Below the pieces are notes generated by a model that did no database searches, was not told the origin of the DNA, and worked only from the letters and a program-made list of their open reading frames with translations. This document shows, one piece after another, positions 18,295-29,039 of a DNA stretch of 64,000 bases; the first letter of the stretch is position 1; each line of letters starts with the position of its first letter. The position numbers and the translations under genes are program-made. The stretch is taken from sequence record SRR31156797_1064; one strand, given 5' to 3'.

Positions 18295-19038
18295 ATGAAA
18301 GTCTTTTTTCACCCTCGTTTTTATGATGTTTATACCTCAGACCCAGCTGCTGAGGCTGGCAGGATGGAATCTGTGGTGGAAGAGGTAGAACCATGTTTTC
18401 AGATGGTTACATGTAATTATGCAGATGAAGAGGATCTGTTGGCAGTTCATGCAGGGACACATGTTGAGGAGGTTGCACGGTTAGGACTATATGATATAGC
18501 ATCCCTGGCAGCAGGAGGGGCCATTCAGGCGGCGGTGTCAGGGATGGAGGAACCAAGTTTTGCCCTCATTAGGCCGCCGGGCCATCATGCCTCGGAGGAC
18601 AGTTACTGGGGATTTTGTTATTTCAACAACATGGCTGTTTCCCTTTCTTACCTGCGCGCCAAGGGACTGATTGCGAAGGCCTTTATCCTTGATTTTGATC
18701 TTCATTATGGGGACGGCAATGTCAATATTCTTGGTCATGAACCCTGGGTCGAGATTTTGAATCCCGAAGCACAGCAGCATGAGGACTATCTTGAGGAGGT
18801 GAACAAGGCCTTACAAACTGTTGAGGCTGATGTTATTGCTGTGTCTGCCGGCTTTGATCACCATGTCAACGACTGGGGCGGCCTTTTGTATACAGAGGAT
18901 TATAGAACCATGGGCAGGTGGGTTCGTGAGGCAGCAGTCCGTAACCATGGGGGGTGTTACGGAATCTTAGAAGGGGGATACAATCATAATGTCCTGGGTT
19001 CCAATGTCCTTGCCTTTCTGGAGGGGATGAACGGTTAG
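18295..19038 (+). CDS. Histone-deacetylase-family amidohydrolase
   Basis: RPPGHHA, GFCYFNN, DFDLHYGDG, SAGFD, LEGGY. Confidence 0.92.
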   Translation: MKVFFHPRFYDVYTSDPAAEAGRMESVVEEVEPCFQMVTCNYADEEDLLAVHAGTHVEEVARLGLYDIASLAAGGAIQAAVSGMEEPSFALIRPPGHHASEDSYWGFCYFNNMAVSLSYLRAKGLIAKAFILDFDLHYGDGNVNILGHEPWVEILNPEAQQHEDYLEEVNKALQTVEADVIAVSAGFDHHVNDWGGLLYTEDYRTMGRWVREAAVRNHGGCYGILEGGYNHNVLGSNVLAFLEGMNG

Positions 19039-19107
19039 CATTGAGTTGCTGTTTTCTGCGCGCGGCTTGTGATGTTATGGATGCAGGGAAGGCAGGAGTT
19101 GTTTACT

Positions 19108-19740
19108 TCATTCGTTACGGAGAAAGGAAAAAAGCAGCTCGCCATGGGTGAGTTGGGTGAGCGCCTTTTTCAAGGCTGGGCATTGCTCTTTTGGCAGTTG
19201 CAGAGTGAATTCAGCATCTGCAGTAAAATTGTTATTGATAATTTGAGCTTCGAAATCGGGCAGAAGGCGTTTTAAAAGGGTGATGTGTGAGTAGTCCAGG
19301 ATAACTTGAACCTTAATAAAGGAAATTTTTTCCCGGACGGGGAGGTCTGCCAGAGCAAGTTTAACCATGCCGGAGTAGGCTCTTACCAGACCACCGGTGC
19401 CGAGTTTGATCCCTCCGAAATACCGGGTCACCACGCAGGAAAGTTCTCCCACATCACTGTGAAGAAGGATATTGAGCATGGGTTTTCCCGCTGTGCCGTG
19501 GGGTTCTCCGTCATCGCTCATTCCGACATGGGCAGTAGTTGCCGGAGGCCCATTTTGAAAAGCCCAGCAGTTGTGGTTGGCATCGGGAAATTCGTCTTTT
19601 ACCCCGGCTATGAAGGCCTTTGCGGCCCTCGTGCTCGTTGTATGTGCTATGGTGGTGATAAACCTGCTGCGCTTAATGATATCCTCCACTCTGTGAAACA
19701 CTGTGTCGTTGAGATCGGGGATGGGATAGCGGTTATTCAT
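19108..19740 (-). CDS. yigZ: YigZ/IMPACT family protein
   Basis: IKRSRFI, ANHNCWA, SDDGEPHGTAGKPML, VTRYFGGIKLGTGGLVRAY. Confidence 0.93.
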   Translation of the reverse strand: MNNRYPIPDLNDTVFHRVEDIIKRSRFITTIAHTTSTRAAKAFIAGVKDEFPDANHNCWAFQNGPPATTAHVGMSDDGEPHGTAGKPMLNILLHSDVGELSCVVTRYFGGIKLGTGGLVRAYSGMVKLALADLPVREKISFIKVQVILDYSHITLLKRLLPDFEAQIINNNFTADAEFTLQLPKEQCPALKKALTQLTHGELLFSFLRNE

Positions 19741-20033
19741 AATTTTTTTATCTGATAATGAATTCGATAGCTAGTATCGTGCGGGGTTCGCTTTTACTCG
19801 GAATAAGTATATATCTCAGCTGCTTGTAAATCATAAAGAAAATGTAAAAGTCAAGCAGGCCGATTGTCGTTTCGTTGGTTTATGTATCTAATAGTGCCTG
19901 ATTTTGTCAAAGAAGGCATCAGATTCCTCGACCGTGTACGTCATCGTCGTTTTTGTGTTGCATCCTTTCAAGGGAACGGTATCTTGTATCAACCTTTTAA
20001 CCTCCTTTACCAAGAATCAAGTAGGAACATATT

Positions 20034-21269
20034 ATGACAACACAAGATTACTCTCGTTATCCTAATCAATACCCCGATGCCACAGGACATTTTGGTAGTT
20101 TCGGTGGATCCTATATTCCACCGGAACTGCAGGTCGAGATGGATAAAATTACAAAGGCTTACCTGACGATAAGTCAAACCCATCGTTTTATTGATGAGCT
20201 GCGCTCCATCCGGAAACATTTTCAGGGGCGTCCGACCCCGGTTTTCCACGCAGATAGGCTTTCCGAGGCGTGCGGCGGAGCTCAGATTTATCTCAAGCGT
20301 GAAGATCTCAACCATACCGGGGCCCACAAACTCAATCACTGCATGGGCGAGGGATTGCTGGCCAAATTCATGGGTAAGAAGAAACTGATTGCTGAAACAG
20401 GTGCTGGGCAGCATGGCGTTGCTCTGGCAACTGCCGCCGCCTATTTTGGTCTTGAATGCGAGATCCATATGGGGGAGGTTGATATTGTGAAAGAAGCCCC
20501 CAACGTAACTCGTATGAAATTGTTGGGAGCTACGGTCGTTCCCGTTTCTTTTGGCTTGCGAACCCTTAAAGAAGCTGTTGACTCCGCTTTTCAAGCGTAC
20601 CTGAAAGATCCTGTCACTTCTATTTACTGTATCGGTTCAGTGGTTGGGCCCCATCCTTTTCCTATGATGGTACGCGATTTTCAAACCATTGTCGGCATTG
20701 AATCCAGGGAGCAGTATATGGATATGACCGGCGGCCTTCCTGATGTGGTTTGTGCCTGTGTGGGTGGCGGGAGTAACGCCATTGGTATTTTCTCCGGATT
20801 TATCAATGATCCCGTCAAGCTGGTAGGAATTGAACCAGGTGGGCGTTCTCTCAGCCTTGGCGACCATGCTGCTACTGCAGCCTTTGGTAAGCCTGGAATC
20901 ATCCATGGCTTTAAGTGTTACCTTCTCCAGGACCAGGAAGGTGAACCAGCACCGGTGTATTCCATTGCCAGCGGACTTGATTACCCTGGTGTAGGGCCGG
21001 AGCACAGTCAGCTAAAGGACGAAGGCCGGATTACCTATGAGATAGCTGATGATGAGGAAACCCTTGAGGCCTTTTATCAGCTGAGCCGTATTGAGGGTAT
21101 TATACCAGCCTTGGAAAGTGCCCATGCCATGGCCTACGCAACGAAGCTCGCCAAAGAGATGGGACATGGCTCAATACTGGTCAATCTCAGTGGACGTGGT
21201 GACAAGGATATGGAGTTTGTTACCGAGAAGTACGGTTTCAGCATGGATGAGGCGAAAAAGAAGTTGTAA
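20034..21269 (+). CDS. trpB: Tryptophan synthase beta chain, stand-alone
   Basis: [57 protein letters not shown]. Confidence 0.95.
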   Translation: MTTQDYSRYPNQYPDATGHFGSFGGSYIPPELQVEMDKITKAYLTISQTHRFIDELRSIRKHFQGRPTPVFHADRLSEACGGAQIYLKREDLNHTGAHKLNHCMGEGLLAKFMGKKKLIAETGAGQHGVALATAAAYFGLECEIHMGEVDIVKEAPNVTRMKLLGATVVPVSFGLRTLKEAVDSAFQAYLKDPVTSIYCIGSVVGPHPFPMMVRDFQTIVGIESREQYMDMTGGLPDVVCACVGGGSNAIGIFSGFINDPVKLVGIEPGGRSLSLGDHAATAAFGKPGIIHGFKCYLLQDQEGEPAPVYSIASGLDYPGVGPEHSQLKDEGRITYEIADDEETLEAFYQLSRIEGIIPALESAHAMAYATKLAKEMGHGSILVNLSGRGDKDMEFVTEKYGFSMDEAKKKL

Positions 21270-21305
21270 AAACCTCATTTCCTTTGAGAATGGGAATTTG
21301 AACTC

Positions 21306-21345
21306 AAAAGAGGTTTGCTTCTTACAAGAAACAAACCTCTTTTTT
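21306..21345 (+). terminator. Intrinsic terminator after trpB (possibly bidirectional)
   Basis: AAAAGAGGTTTG...CAAACCTCTTTTTT inverted repeat. Confidence 0.75.
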
Positions 21346-21372
21346 ATATTAAGGCCGTCGTTTTTGTTGGTA

Positions 21373-21926
21373 GTTTTCACTCTTCGTTCAATTTTACGCC
21401 CTCTACCCTATAGGCAAAGTTATCTCTTGCCGAACCAGCTGGTTGTTGCTGTGCAAGATATCCTTCAGTTGTTTTTAAGGCAACAAGCCGGTCCAACTCT
21501 TCTAAATCCAAGAAGCGTTTAATTTAGGCTCCCTTGGGCCCAGCTGCAGTGTCTGCTAGCGATTAGGCCAACGGCGGCGTATATTCCTGGAGCGTCCCCT
21601 TGCTCAATGGAAATAATTTGCTGTTCAGCCAAGGCGACCTGTCCTTCGGCCTTAATCAAGTCAGGATTAATGGTACGAACTGCTTTCTGATACTCAGCTA
21701 ACTTGCAGCGGACCGGAGAAGGGGGGAGAGCTGGGTACGGAATTACCTCTGCTTCAATAGGTCTGCCTGTGAGTACGTTAAAGCCGTAGCTAAACTGTTT
21801 TCGTTTGGCAAGGGCTTTCTCCAGCTTCATCTCCGCATCCAGCAGGTCTACTTCCAGGCCCGTTTTCTCTGGTACCAACAACTCGCCCAACTCTACACCA
21901 TCTTTGCCGTGGGCTACAGTTGGCAT
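21373..21926 (-). pseudogene. Degraded TolC-family outer-membrane efflux gene remnant
   Basis: Fragments resembling TolC helices (VDLLDAEMKL...FNVLTGRP...AVRTINPDLIKAEGQVALAEQQI). Far shorter than TolC, no signal peptide, interrupted by stops. Confidence 0.35.
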
Positions 21927-21976
21927 TTAGAAAATTCGGGTATATGGGAAGAGGGAAATAACTCAAAACAGGCTGT

Positions 21977-22579
21977 TCAGGACGCTTTTGGCAGTGACCA
22001 GTTCAGGTGAATTGCCATTACCCTTAATAAAATCACTGCTGATGCTGCGATCAGCAGCGAAAGGTTATTGTTTACCTCTAACACCTGGAGCAGTACCAGA
22101 ATGACACCGCCAAGAATGCAGGCCGATGCATAGATTTCGCGACGCATGATCAGGGGAATCTCATTAGAGAGAATATCCCGCAACACGCCACCAGCAGTAC
22201 CGGTCATGACACCCATCAAAACTGCGCCAAGAGGGCCGGTTTGTAAACTGAGAGCTTTGCCTGTACCAATGACCACAAAGGTGCCCAGGCCAATGGCATC
22301 GAGATAGAGGAGCACTGATTCAAACTGCGGCCAAAGGCGATGGGTAAAAAAGACGAACAAGGCTACCAGGATAGGTAACCACAGATATATTTCGTTGTGC
22401 AGGCAGAATGGAGGAAGGTCACCAAGGAGCACGTCACGGATGGTACCTCCGCCGATTGCAGTCACCATACCCAGTACCAGGATGCCAAACAGGTCCATTC
22501 CACGGCGAACTCCAGCCAGTGCCCCGGAAGCGGCAAAGGCGATAGTGCCGATAAGGTCGAGTGTATAAAGGATATTCAT
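21977..22579 (-). CDS. TRIC/UPF0126 (YadS/YicG-like) membrane protein
   Basis: Duplicated repeat DLIGTIAFAASGA...MDLFG...TAIGGGTIRDVLLG / DAIGLG...TGTAGGVLRDIL...EIYA. Confidence 0.92.
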   Translation of the reverse strand: MNILYTLDLIGTIAFAASGALAGVRRGMDLFGILVLGMVTAIGGGTIRDVLLGDLPPFCLHNEIYLWLPILVALFVFFTHRLWPQFESVLLYLDAIGLGTFVVIGTGKALSLQTGPLGAVLMGVMTGTAGGVLRDILSNEIPLIMRREIYASACILGGVILVLLQVLEVNNNLSLLIAASAVILLRVMAIHLNWSLPKAS

Positions 22580-22987
22580 GGAAGAGATGATAACGGTAAG
22601 AACGAGGAAAGGCAACCGTTCACCAATAAATCCACCATGTTCGATTTTAATGGTTGATGTGTAGGGTGCCCAGCCCATTCTTACCAGCAGGAATGGTATC
22701 TTGCAGGTGTATCTATTAGACCTTTTCAAGATTGAAGAAGAGTTGTAACCTCTCTTAAGCTAGCTAGGTGAAAAAGAGTGGAGGGGGAAAATCCAAGGCT
22801 GATGATAAATCGTTCTCAGTTGAGTTGCGGGTAACGCGTGTACTGTATTGTTGATGACGTAATTATCCCGCACGCGATTTAGCTCAACAACTTGACTGTT
22901 GTCCCTCTTTTTTGCTCACTCATCATGTAACAGTACCTTTAAAAATTACTTTTTCTTCCAACCTTGGCGTTGTACTAAAAATTTTTC

Positions 22988-23068
22988 CTCGGAGGTAAGC
23001 GGAGGCTCCGATAGCAAACATATGTTGGCGGTAAAATTCATCGTGCTCTTCGGAGTCTTCGCTTACCT
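22988..23068 (+). repeat. Intergenic hairpin element, member of a dispersed repeat family
   Basis: 19-bp stem (22993-23011 with 23050-23068; 17 Watson-Crick and 2 G-U pairs). Segment 22988-23023 matches the reverse complement of 42817-42852 at 30/36. Confidence 0.7.
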
Positions 23069-23152
23069 GACCTTGATCGCACAATTATTTTTTCAAGGTG
23101 CCCTAAAGAAAAAAATAGGAACTCCGCTAAGGGTTATTTTAGAGTAAATTGT

Positions 23153-23914
23153 ATGAATTCCATCTTGTTACGGTTTGTATTTTTGTTGATTATGGTTTCT
23201 GGGCTGCCCGGAGCAGTGTGTGCAAGGGAGAAAATCACTCTCGCCAGCTTGGAGTGGCCCCCTTATACGAGTGTCGCTTTAGAAGGATACGGGTATGCTG
23301 CAGTGGTAATAAAGGAGGCTTTTCAACGGAATAATATAGATGTCGACGTTCAATTTCATCAGTGGACCAGGGTGGTCGGGCTGTCAAAATACGGCAAGGT
23401 GGATGGCTATTTTTCAGAGTATTTCAATGCCAATATTGCTCGTCATTCGTTGGTTTCCGATCCTTTTCCTGGAGGGCCTTTGGGGTTTTTTAAACTAAAA
23501 AGCAATAAGATCTCCTTTGCAGCATTGGCAGACCTCAAGGGATATTCCATTGGGACGGTTAAAAGCTATGCTAATACCAGAGAATTTGATGATGCCGATT
23601 TTCTGAAGAAAGAGCCGGTGAAAGATGACTTGACCAATTTTAAGAAATTAACAGCTGGTCGAATTGATTTGTTGGTTGCCGACCAGTTGGTTGGGAACTA
23701 TATCGTTGCTCACCATATGCCTGAAAAAATAGAAGATATCGAATTCATGCAGCCGGAATTGGCCGAAACAATGAACCTTTATGTTTGTTTTTCCGCATCT
23801 CAATCGAAAAGCAGCTATTATCTTAAAATGTTTAATGATGGGCTCCGCCAGATGCAGCAGGATGGTACCCTGCAACAGATATTTCGAGAATTTAAGGCTA
23901 AGCAATTTCGTTGA
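23153..23914 (+). CDS. Periplasmic solute-binding protein, family 3
   Basis: Signal peptide, EWPPY, ADLKGYSIGTV, KLTAGRIDL, FNDGLRQMQQDGTLQQI. Confidence 0.88.
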   Translation: MNSILLRFVFLLIMVSGLPGAVCAREKITLASLEWPPYTSVALEGYGYAAVVIKEAFQRNNIDVDVQFHQWTRVVGLSKYGKVDGYFSEYFNANIARHSLVSDPFPGGPLGFFKLKSNKISFAALADLKGYSIGTVKSYANTREFDDADFLKKEPVKDDLTNFKKLTAGRIDLLVADQLVGNYIVAHHMPEKIEDIEFMQPELAETMNLYVCFSASQSKSSYYLKMFNDGLRQMQQDGTLQQIFREFKAKQFR

Positions 23915-23946
23915 TGTTCAACGAGTGGCACCCAGCACTATAAGGT

Positions 23947-26232
23947 ATGAGGACAATGAAGCGCACTACTCATAATACTAAAAGAAAAAAAGGTGCACTC
24001 AAGATAATCTTCTCTGCTTCCTCACCCTTACTCAATAGCATAATTTTACGGACTTTTTTAATTGCTCTTGGATTTTGTTGCATAACAATCGGGTTGACCT
24101 TTTATGCGGGATATCGATATCAGATATTTGAAGTGAAAAAACATTTGGAGTCTCTTTTTGAAAGCCAGCATGAAGTGTTGGTCACCAATATATGGAATTT
24201 TGATACTAGCTCGGTAGAAGAGCAGCTTCTCGGCATGTTGAGTCATCCGGATATCTACCTTATAGAGCTGAAACTTGAGAACAATGAAGGGCTCACGGTT
24301 GGCTCTGTTGAGAAGGAAGCTAGCCTAGGACACACAACACGATACAAACTTTTTAAAGAAGTGGACAGAGAGCGGGAGTATCTAGGGGAACTGAGCATAT
24401 TTGTTACCTATTACAATGTGATTAAAAGGGTTCGTTACGGTTACCTTGCTCTATTTGGGACACTTACCTGTGCCTTGTTCGTGATCTGTGTTTTAATTTA
24501 CCTTTTGTTTCACAAGTTGTTTTACAGGCACCTGAATCAGATAGTCACTTTTGCCGAAGACCTTAATATTAATACCTTGGATAAACCCCTCAGCCTGGAG
24601 CGAAAACGTTCCCAATCTTCTTCCGGGGATGAACTGCAGCTCATTGCCGATGCCTTTAATAATATGCGAAGAAGGCTACTGGATGATATCAGAGTGAATG
24701 AAGCTCTTCGCAAGGACAGACGCCTTCTTGAACAGGTCATTGAGCAATCAACTAACGCTACTCTCATTACCAATGAACGGTGGCAAATTCGCTATGTGAA
24801 TAAGGCACTCCTTAAACGGATGGCATGCACCCCAAAAGATCCTATTAATAGTGACCTGGCAGTCTTTCTCGGACTGTCTCCTCAAGTGTTATCCTATGAT
24901 GCTGTTGCAAAGGTTGTACGTTCCGGTCTGCCTTGGAGAACCCATATCGCTGAAAAAATTAACGATACCCAGCAGAAAGAAGAGGATATTAAAATAACCG
25001 CTATACAAACTGAAGGTGGCAGGCAGTCTCATTTTGTAGTGGTCATTATCGATGTTACCAAGGAGTGGGTCCTTGAGAAGCGGTTGCTCCAGGTTAAAAA
25101 AATGGAGTCTATTGGTACACTGGCCGGTGGTATTGCCCATGATTTTAATAATTTGTTGTCGGTGATTATTGGTTATGCTGAATTAATCCAGGTTAAAACA
25201 AAGAACGGCGCATTTCAGGCTGAAACCGATCGTATTCTCCAGGCTGGTAATCGAGCAAAGGAGCTCGTTAACCAGATTCTGACCTTTAGTAGAGAAACCG
25301 ATGTGGAATTTAAGCCTGTTTTACTCCAGTCTATCTTGCGTGAGGTGGAAGGTCTGTTGTCTGCCTCACTTCCCGCAAGTATCACTTTTACCATGGACAT
25401 TGATGATACTGTTCCTCCTGTATCCGCTGACGGGGGACAGTTGCATCAGGTGGTCATGAACCTTTGCACCAATGCAAAGCAGGCACTGATAGATGATACC
25501 GGAACGGTAGACGTTTCTCTGAAAATGAAAAATGTTGAAGATGCCTTCCGGCTGGACCATAAGACATCCACACTTGAAGCAGGGAAATATGCCTGTCTGA
25601 CAGTCAGGGATAATGGGTGCGGCATGGATGAAGGAGCCTTGCTTCGTATCTTTGACCCCTTTTACAGCACGAAGGCCCATGAAGGGACAGGGCTCGGTCT
25701 TTCGGTAGTGCATGGTATCATTAAGAAACATAAAGGCGAAATTAATGTTACCAGCACGCCGGGGGAAGGAACTTTGTTCCAGGTTTTTCTCCCAACAGTA
25801 GATAGTTTCCAGCCAGTTGGGCAGGCGGAAAGCAGGGAAATGCAAGGTGGAACCGAGAGGATAATGATCGTTGACGATGAGTCGACAGTACTGGAACTCT
25901 TGGATAGCATGCTCACGATGCTTGGCTATAAGGTCACCACCTTTCAGGTTCCTGAAGAAGCCCTGCGCGCTTTTGTTAAACATCCGGATAAATATGATGT
26001 GGTAATAACAGACATGGTTATGCCGGGCATGACAGGTGACAGGTTAACTTCGGAATTAAAGGCCGTGAAGCCGTTGCTTCCTGTTATTCTCTGTACCGGA
26101 TACAGCGAAAATATGGATGACAAAAGGGGCGCAGCCGCTGGTATTGACAAATTTTTAATGAAGCCCGTGGTTACCAGTGAGCTGGCAGGAGCCCTGCGTG
26201 AAGTATTGGCTCAAAAAAATCCATTGTTATGA
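23947..26232 (+). CDS. Hybrid sensor histidine kinase (2 TM, HAMP-like, PAS, HisKA, HATPase, REC)
   Basis: GTLAGGIAHDFNN, QVVMNLCTNA, DNGCGM, FDPFYSTK, GTGLGL, and C-terminal REC (IVDDE...ITDMVMP...KP). Confidence 0.95.
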   Translation: MRTMKRTTHNTKRKKGALKIIFSASSPLLNSIILRTFLIALGFCCITIGLTFYAGYRYQIFEVKKHLESLFESQHEVLVTNIWNFDTSSVEEQLLGMLSHPDIYLIELKLENNEGLTVGSVEKEASLGHTTRYKLFKEVDREREYLGELSIFVTYYNVIKRVRYGYLALFGTLTCALFVICVLIYLLFHKLFYRHLNQIVTFAEDLNINTLDKPLSLERKRSQSSSGDELQLIADAFNNMRRRLLDDIRVNEALRKDRRLLEQVIEQSTNATLITNERWQIRYVNKALLKRMACTPKDPINSDLAVFLGLSPQVLSYDAVAKVVRSGLPWRTHIAEKINDTQQKEEDIKITAIQTEGGRQSHFVVVIIDVTKEWVLEKRLLQVKKMESIGTLAGGIAHDFNNLLSVIIGYAELIQVKTKNGAFQAETDRILQAGNRAKELVNQILTFSRETDVEFKPVLLQSILREVEGLLSASLPASITFTMDIDDTVPPVSADGGQLHQVVMNLCTNAKQALIDDTGTVDVSLKMKNVEDAFRLDHKTSTLEAGKYACLTVRDNGCGMDEGALLRIFDPFYSTKAHEGTGLGLSVVHGIIKKHKGEINVTSTPGEGTLFQVFLPTVDSFQPVGQAESREMQGGTERIMIVDDESTVLELLDSMLTMLGYKVTTFQVPEEALRAFVKHPDKYDVVITDMVMPGMTGDRLTSELKAVKPLLPVILCTGYSENMDDKRGAAAGIDKFLMKPVVTSELAGALREVLAQKNPLL

Positions 26233-26340
26233 GATCCTACTCTAGTTGAACAACGATTCGTGTGTCGGGAAACCGCCCTTTTGATTAGGGGGCTCATGGT
26301 TATATGCAAAGAGTCCGTATACCAGCTTTGCTGCAATTGC

Positions 26341-27339
26341 TTATTGTATCCCGATAGCGTCAACCTCAAAGCTTGTTCCGCACTTATTTTTAAACTTGGG
26401 TTTTGCCCGTTGAATGAGTTCCTCTAAGGAGTTGTCCTGCAGCTGCTCGAAAGGCAGATTGATCAACACATCTACCAGCTTCCCGTCATCGCAGGAAATT
26501 TGCAATCGTTTATGCGCCCCTTCTCCGAAAGCCTTATCCATCGCTTTGAAGAAAGATTGACTTGTTATTTCTTTGCCAATATTGTCAGCCATGAAGCGTG
26601 CCATGCCTCCCTCATTGAATTCTTTTAACATCCGTATTGCTACATAAAAATACCCATCGGCGTCCCACTTGGTTTGACACGTGCCATGTTTGTACCACTC
26701 GTGGCGTTGTAAGCAGGAGCCATGTGCGGCACTAGGCATAACAACCCCTAATTCCTTTAGGGTTTCTGGCTGCATGGGAACAGGTGCAAAGCTGCAGAAA
26801 GGGCGGATGCCTTTTTTGTAATCGCCACAGAATCCGTATGTGATGCCACAGGACTGTTTATTGGGCCAAAGACCATGGAGAGTAAAGTTGTTTGCCTGAT
26901 AGGAGTGTGGGGCGGTTACAGTGCATTCTGGTTTGTCCCTATGCGTTTCGCAGAAAGCAGGCTGCCAACTTATCGCGAGCACATAGCTGTCTCCCAATCC
27001 CGCTGTATTGCATTTTTTAACCGATCCGCTGCCATTTTTGACAGTGATATTGGCTTGGCCGCATTCGAAGTGGGCCCAACGTTCAGCAGGAGTTGCACCG
27101 TCTATGAGAAGACGGTACCAAGTTGTTCCAGGTGATTTGTTGAGCTCTATGATCGGATAACTCGTGCTACGTTCAAGCCGTATTCCACCAGGGTTGGTTT
27201 TACGGTGGATCGATTGATACGCCTGGCAATTCTTTGTCGCCATGAACTCTCCTGCAACATGAACGCTGGCGAATGTTGGGCTGTTGAGGCACGTCAGCAA
27301 GCAAAAAAACATGAGCAGGCATCCTGTTGATCTATTCAT
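26341..27339 (-). CDS. Secreted ribonuclease T2 family protein with an extra N-terminal domain
   Basis: YVLAISWQPAFC, FTLHGLWP (CAS I), HEWYKHGTC (CAS II); signal peptide. Confidence 0.93.
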   Translation of the reverse strand: MNRSTGCLLMFFCLLTCLNSPTFASVHVAGEFMATKNCQAYQSIHRKTNPGGIRLERSTSYPIIELNKSPGTTWYRLLIDGATPAERWAHFECGQANITVKNGSGSVKKCNTAGLGDSYVLAISWQPAFCETHRDKPECTVTAPHSYQANNFTLHGLWPNKQSCGITYGFCGDYKKGIRPFCSFAPVPMQPETLKELGVVMPSAAHGSCLQRHEWYKHGTCQTKWDADGYFYVAIRMLKEFNEGGMARFMADNIGKEITSQSFFKAMDKAFGEGAHKRLQISCDDGKLVDVLINLPFEQLQDNSLEELIQRAKPKFKNKCGTSFEVDAIGIQ

Positions 27340-27839
27340 AATTCTTTCCTGTTTTTGAGTGTTATCTCGGTTGCTGAAGGCAAATGAAGTGACTAAGGAT
27401 ATGTCATCCTGGGGGCGGGGATAGCTGTTAAGGCTAGCATTCAGGTGTTATCGAGGGTACATGTTGTTTGTTGAGGGCATTCTTATAATCTGATTAATTT
27501 GTAGAATGATTGCGTACTTCGTCACTGAATGCATCGAGCTGATAAGCCGATGCCTTATTATTTGACAATGTCAAATGCATTACCCGAAAAGGCCGATCTG
27601 GAAATAATTGTGGGCTTCATATTATTCAATATCCGCAAAACGAACAGGCAGTGATGACTCACCTTCACATTCCCACGCACATTGCAGGTGCCCATTTGAA
27701 GAAAGCCACTTTTATGCAAAATACCCTGGTTAGGTATTGGAGCGGAGGTGTTTTGCCGAATCTTAAAATCAGGGGATCTGTCCTGTGATTGAGGAAGAAG
27801 CGTTGTCGTGTTGTCCAATATTTTTTCAGGAAACCGCAC

Positions 27840-28286
27840 ATGGCTGAAGTAGTTGTGGCCAATGGCTATCTCTTTTTATTTCTACTGAGTTTCTTGGCGG
27901 CCACGGTTGTGCCTGTTGGTTCTGAATGGCTGTTGGTCGCTTTACTCTACTCCTCGCTTGATCCTGTCGGGCTTCTTGCTTCGGCAACAATTGGTAATGT
28001 GCTGGGAGCTTGTACTACCTACGCGATCGGTTTGTACGGTGGCCCTTTTTTGATTGAAAAGGTCTTGAGAATGAGTTGTCAAACCAGAGAGAAAGCAGCG
28101 GTTCAGTATAGGAAATATGGAGCGTGGTCGCTCCTGTTGTCCTGGGTTCCGATTATTGGCGACCCCTTATGTCTCGTTGGAGGTATTTTCAAAACACCGC
28201 CTGCGTGGTTTGTTTCTCTGGTCCTGGCCGGTAAGCTGGGCAGATATGCATTCATCGAATATATTACCCTGCAGGCTATCGGTTGA
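27840..28286 (+). CDS. YqaA/DedA (VTT) family membrane protein
   Basis: SFLAATVVPVGSE, GNVLG, YGAWSLLLSWVPIIGDPLCLVGG, GKLGRY. Confidence 0.9.
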   Translation: MAEVVVANGYLFLFLLSFLAATVVPVGSEWLLVALLYSSLDPVGLLASATIGNVLGACTTYAIGLYGGPFLIEKVLRMSCQTREKAAVQYRKYGAWSLLLSWVPIIGDPLCLVGGIFKTPPAWFVSLVLAGKLGRYAFIEYITLQAIG

Positions 28287-28310
28287 TACCGATAGCCTGC
28301 AGGGTTTTGC

Positions 28311-29039
28311 TCAGCCGCCAAGATAGGCTTTTTTTACCTCTGGGTTGCCAAGTAACTGTTCTGCCGTGCCCTTGGCAACTATTTCCCCTGTATCCAACAC
28401 ATACCCGCGGTGGGCTAAGTGGAGCGCAAGGTTGGCATTTTGTTCGACAAGGAGAATGGTCATCCCTTCTTCATTAAGTCGTTTGAGGGTTCGAAACAGG
28501 TCGTACTTGAGCACAGGGGCTAAGCCCATGGACGGTTCATCCAAGAGCAGAAAGTTGCAGCCGGTCATAAGAGCACGGCCAACAGCAAGCATCTGTTGTT
28601 CTCCACCTGACAATGATTCGCTACGTTGGTCTTTTCTTTCAGCCAGTCTTGGGAAAAGGTCAAATATCCGCTTGTATTCCTTCGAGAAATCAGTGCCGTT
28701 ATCGCGGGCATAGGTTGCCAGAACCAGGTTCTCCATAACGGTAAGGTTGCCAAAAATATGGCGTCCTTCGGGCACAAGGGCGAGTTTGAGATCCTTAACC
28801 ACCGTAGAGGGAGGGGTTTTCAGGATAGAGTTGCCTTCAAAGAGAATGTCACCGGAAACAACCCGCGGCGCTTCGGGGGGCGGTAAGCGGGTGATCGCAT
28901 ACAGACTGGTGGTTTTACCCGCACCATTGGCACCTATCAAGGTTACAATTTCACCTGGATTGACATGGAAGCTGATACCATGCAAAGCCTGGATATTACC
29001 GTATTTGACAACAAGGTTTTCAACAGCGAGCAGCGTCAT
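28311..29039 (-). CDS. livF: Branched-chain amino acid ABC transporter ATPase
   Basis: GANGAGKT, LSGGEQQMLA, LLDEPSMGLAP, LLVEQNA, AYLGG. Confidence 0.95.
   Translation of the reverse strand: MTLLAVENLVVKYGNIQALHGISFHVNPGEIVTLIGANGAGKTTSLYAITRLPPPEAPRVVSGDILFEGNSILKTPPSTVVKDLKLALVPEGRHIFGNLTVMENLVLATYARDNGTDFSKEYKRIFDLFPRLAERKDQRSESLSGGEQQMLAVGRALMTGCNFLLLDEPSMGLAPVLKYDLFRTLKRLNEEGMTILLVEQNANLALHLAHRGYVLDTGEIVAKGTAEQLLGNPEVKKAYLGG

Noticed and set aside
22899-23147. 82-aa ORF
   Set aside because: No RBS or recognisable motif; it overlaps the hairpin repeat and the likely promoter region.
27558-27862. Minus-strand ORFs in the RNase T2/yqaA intergenic region
   Set aside because: No motifs or RBS; probably non-coding.
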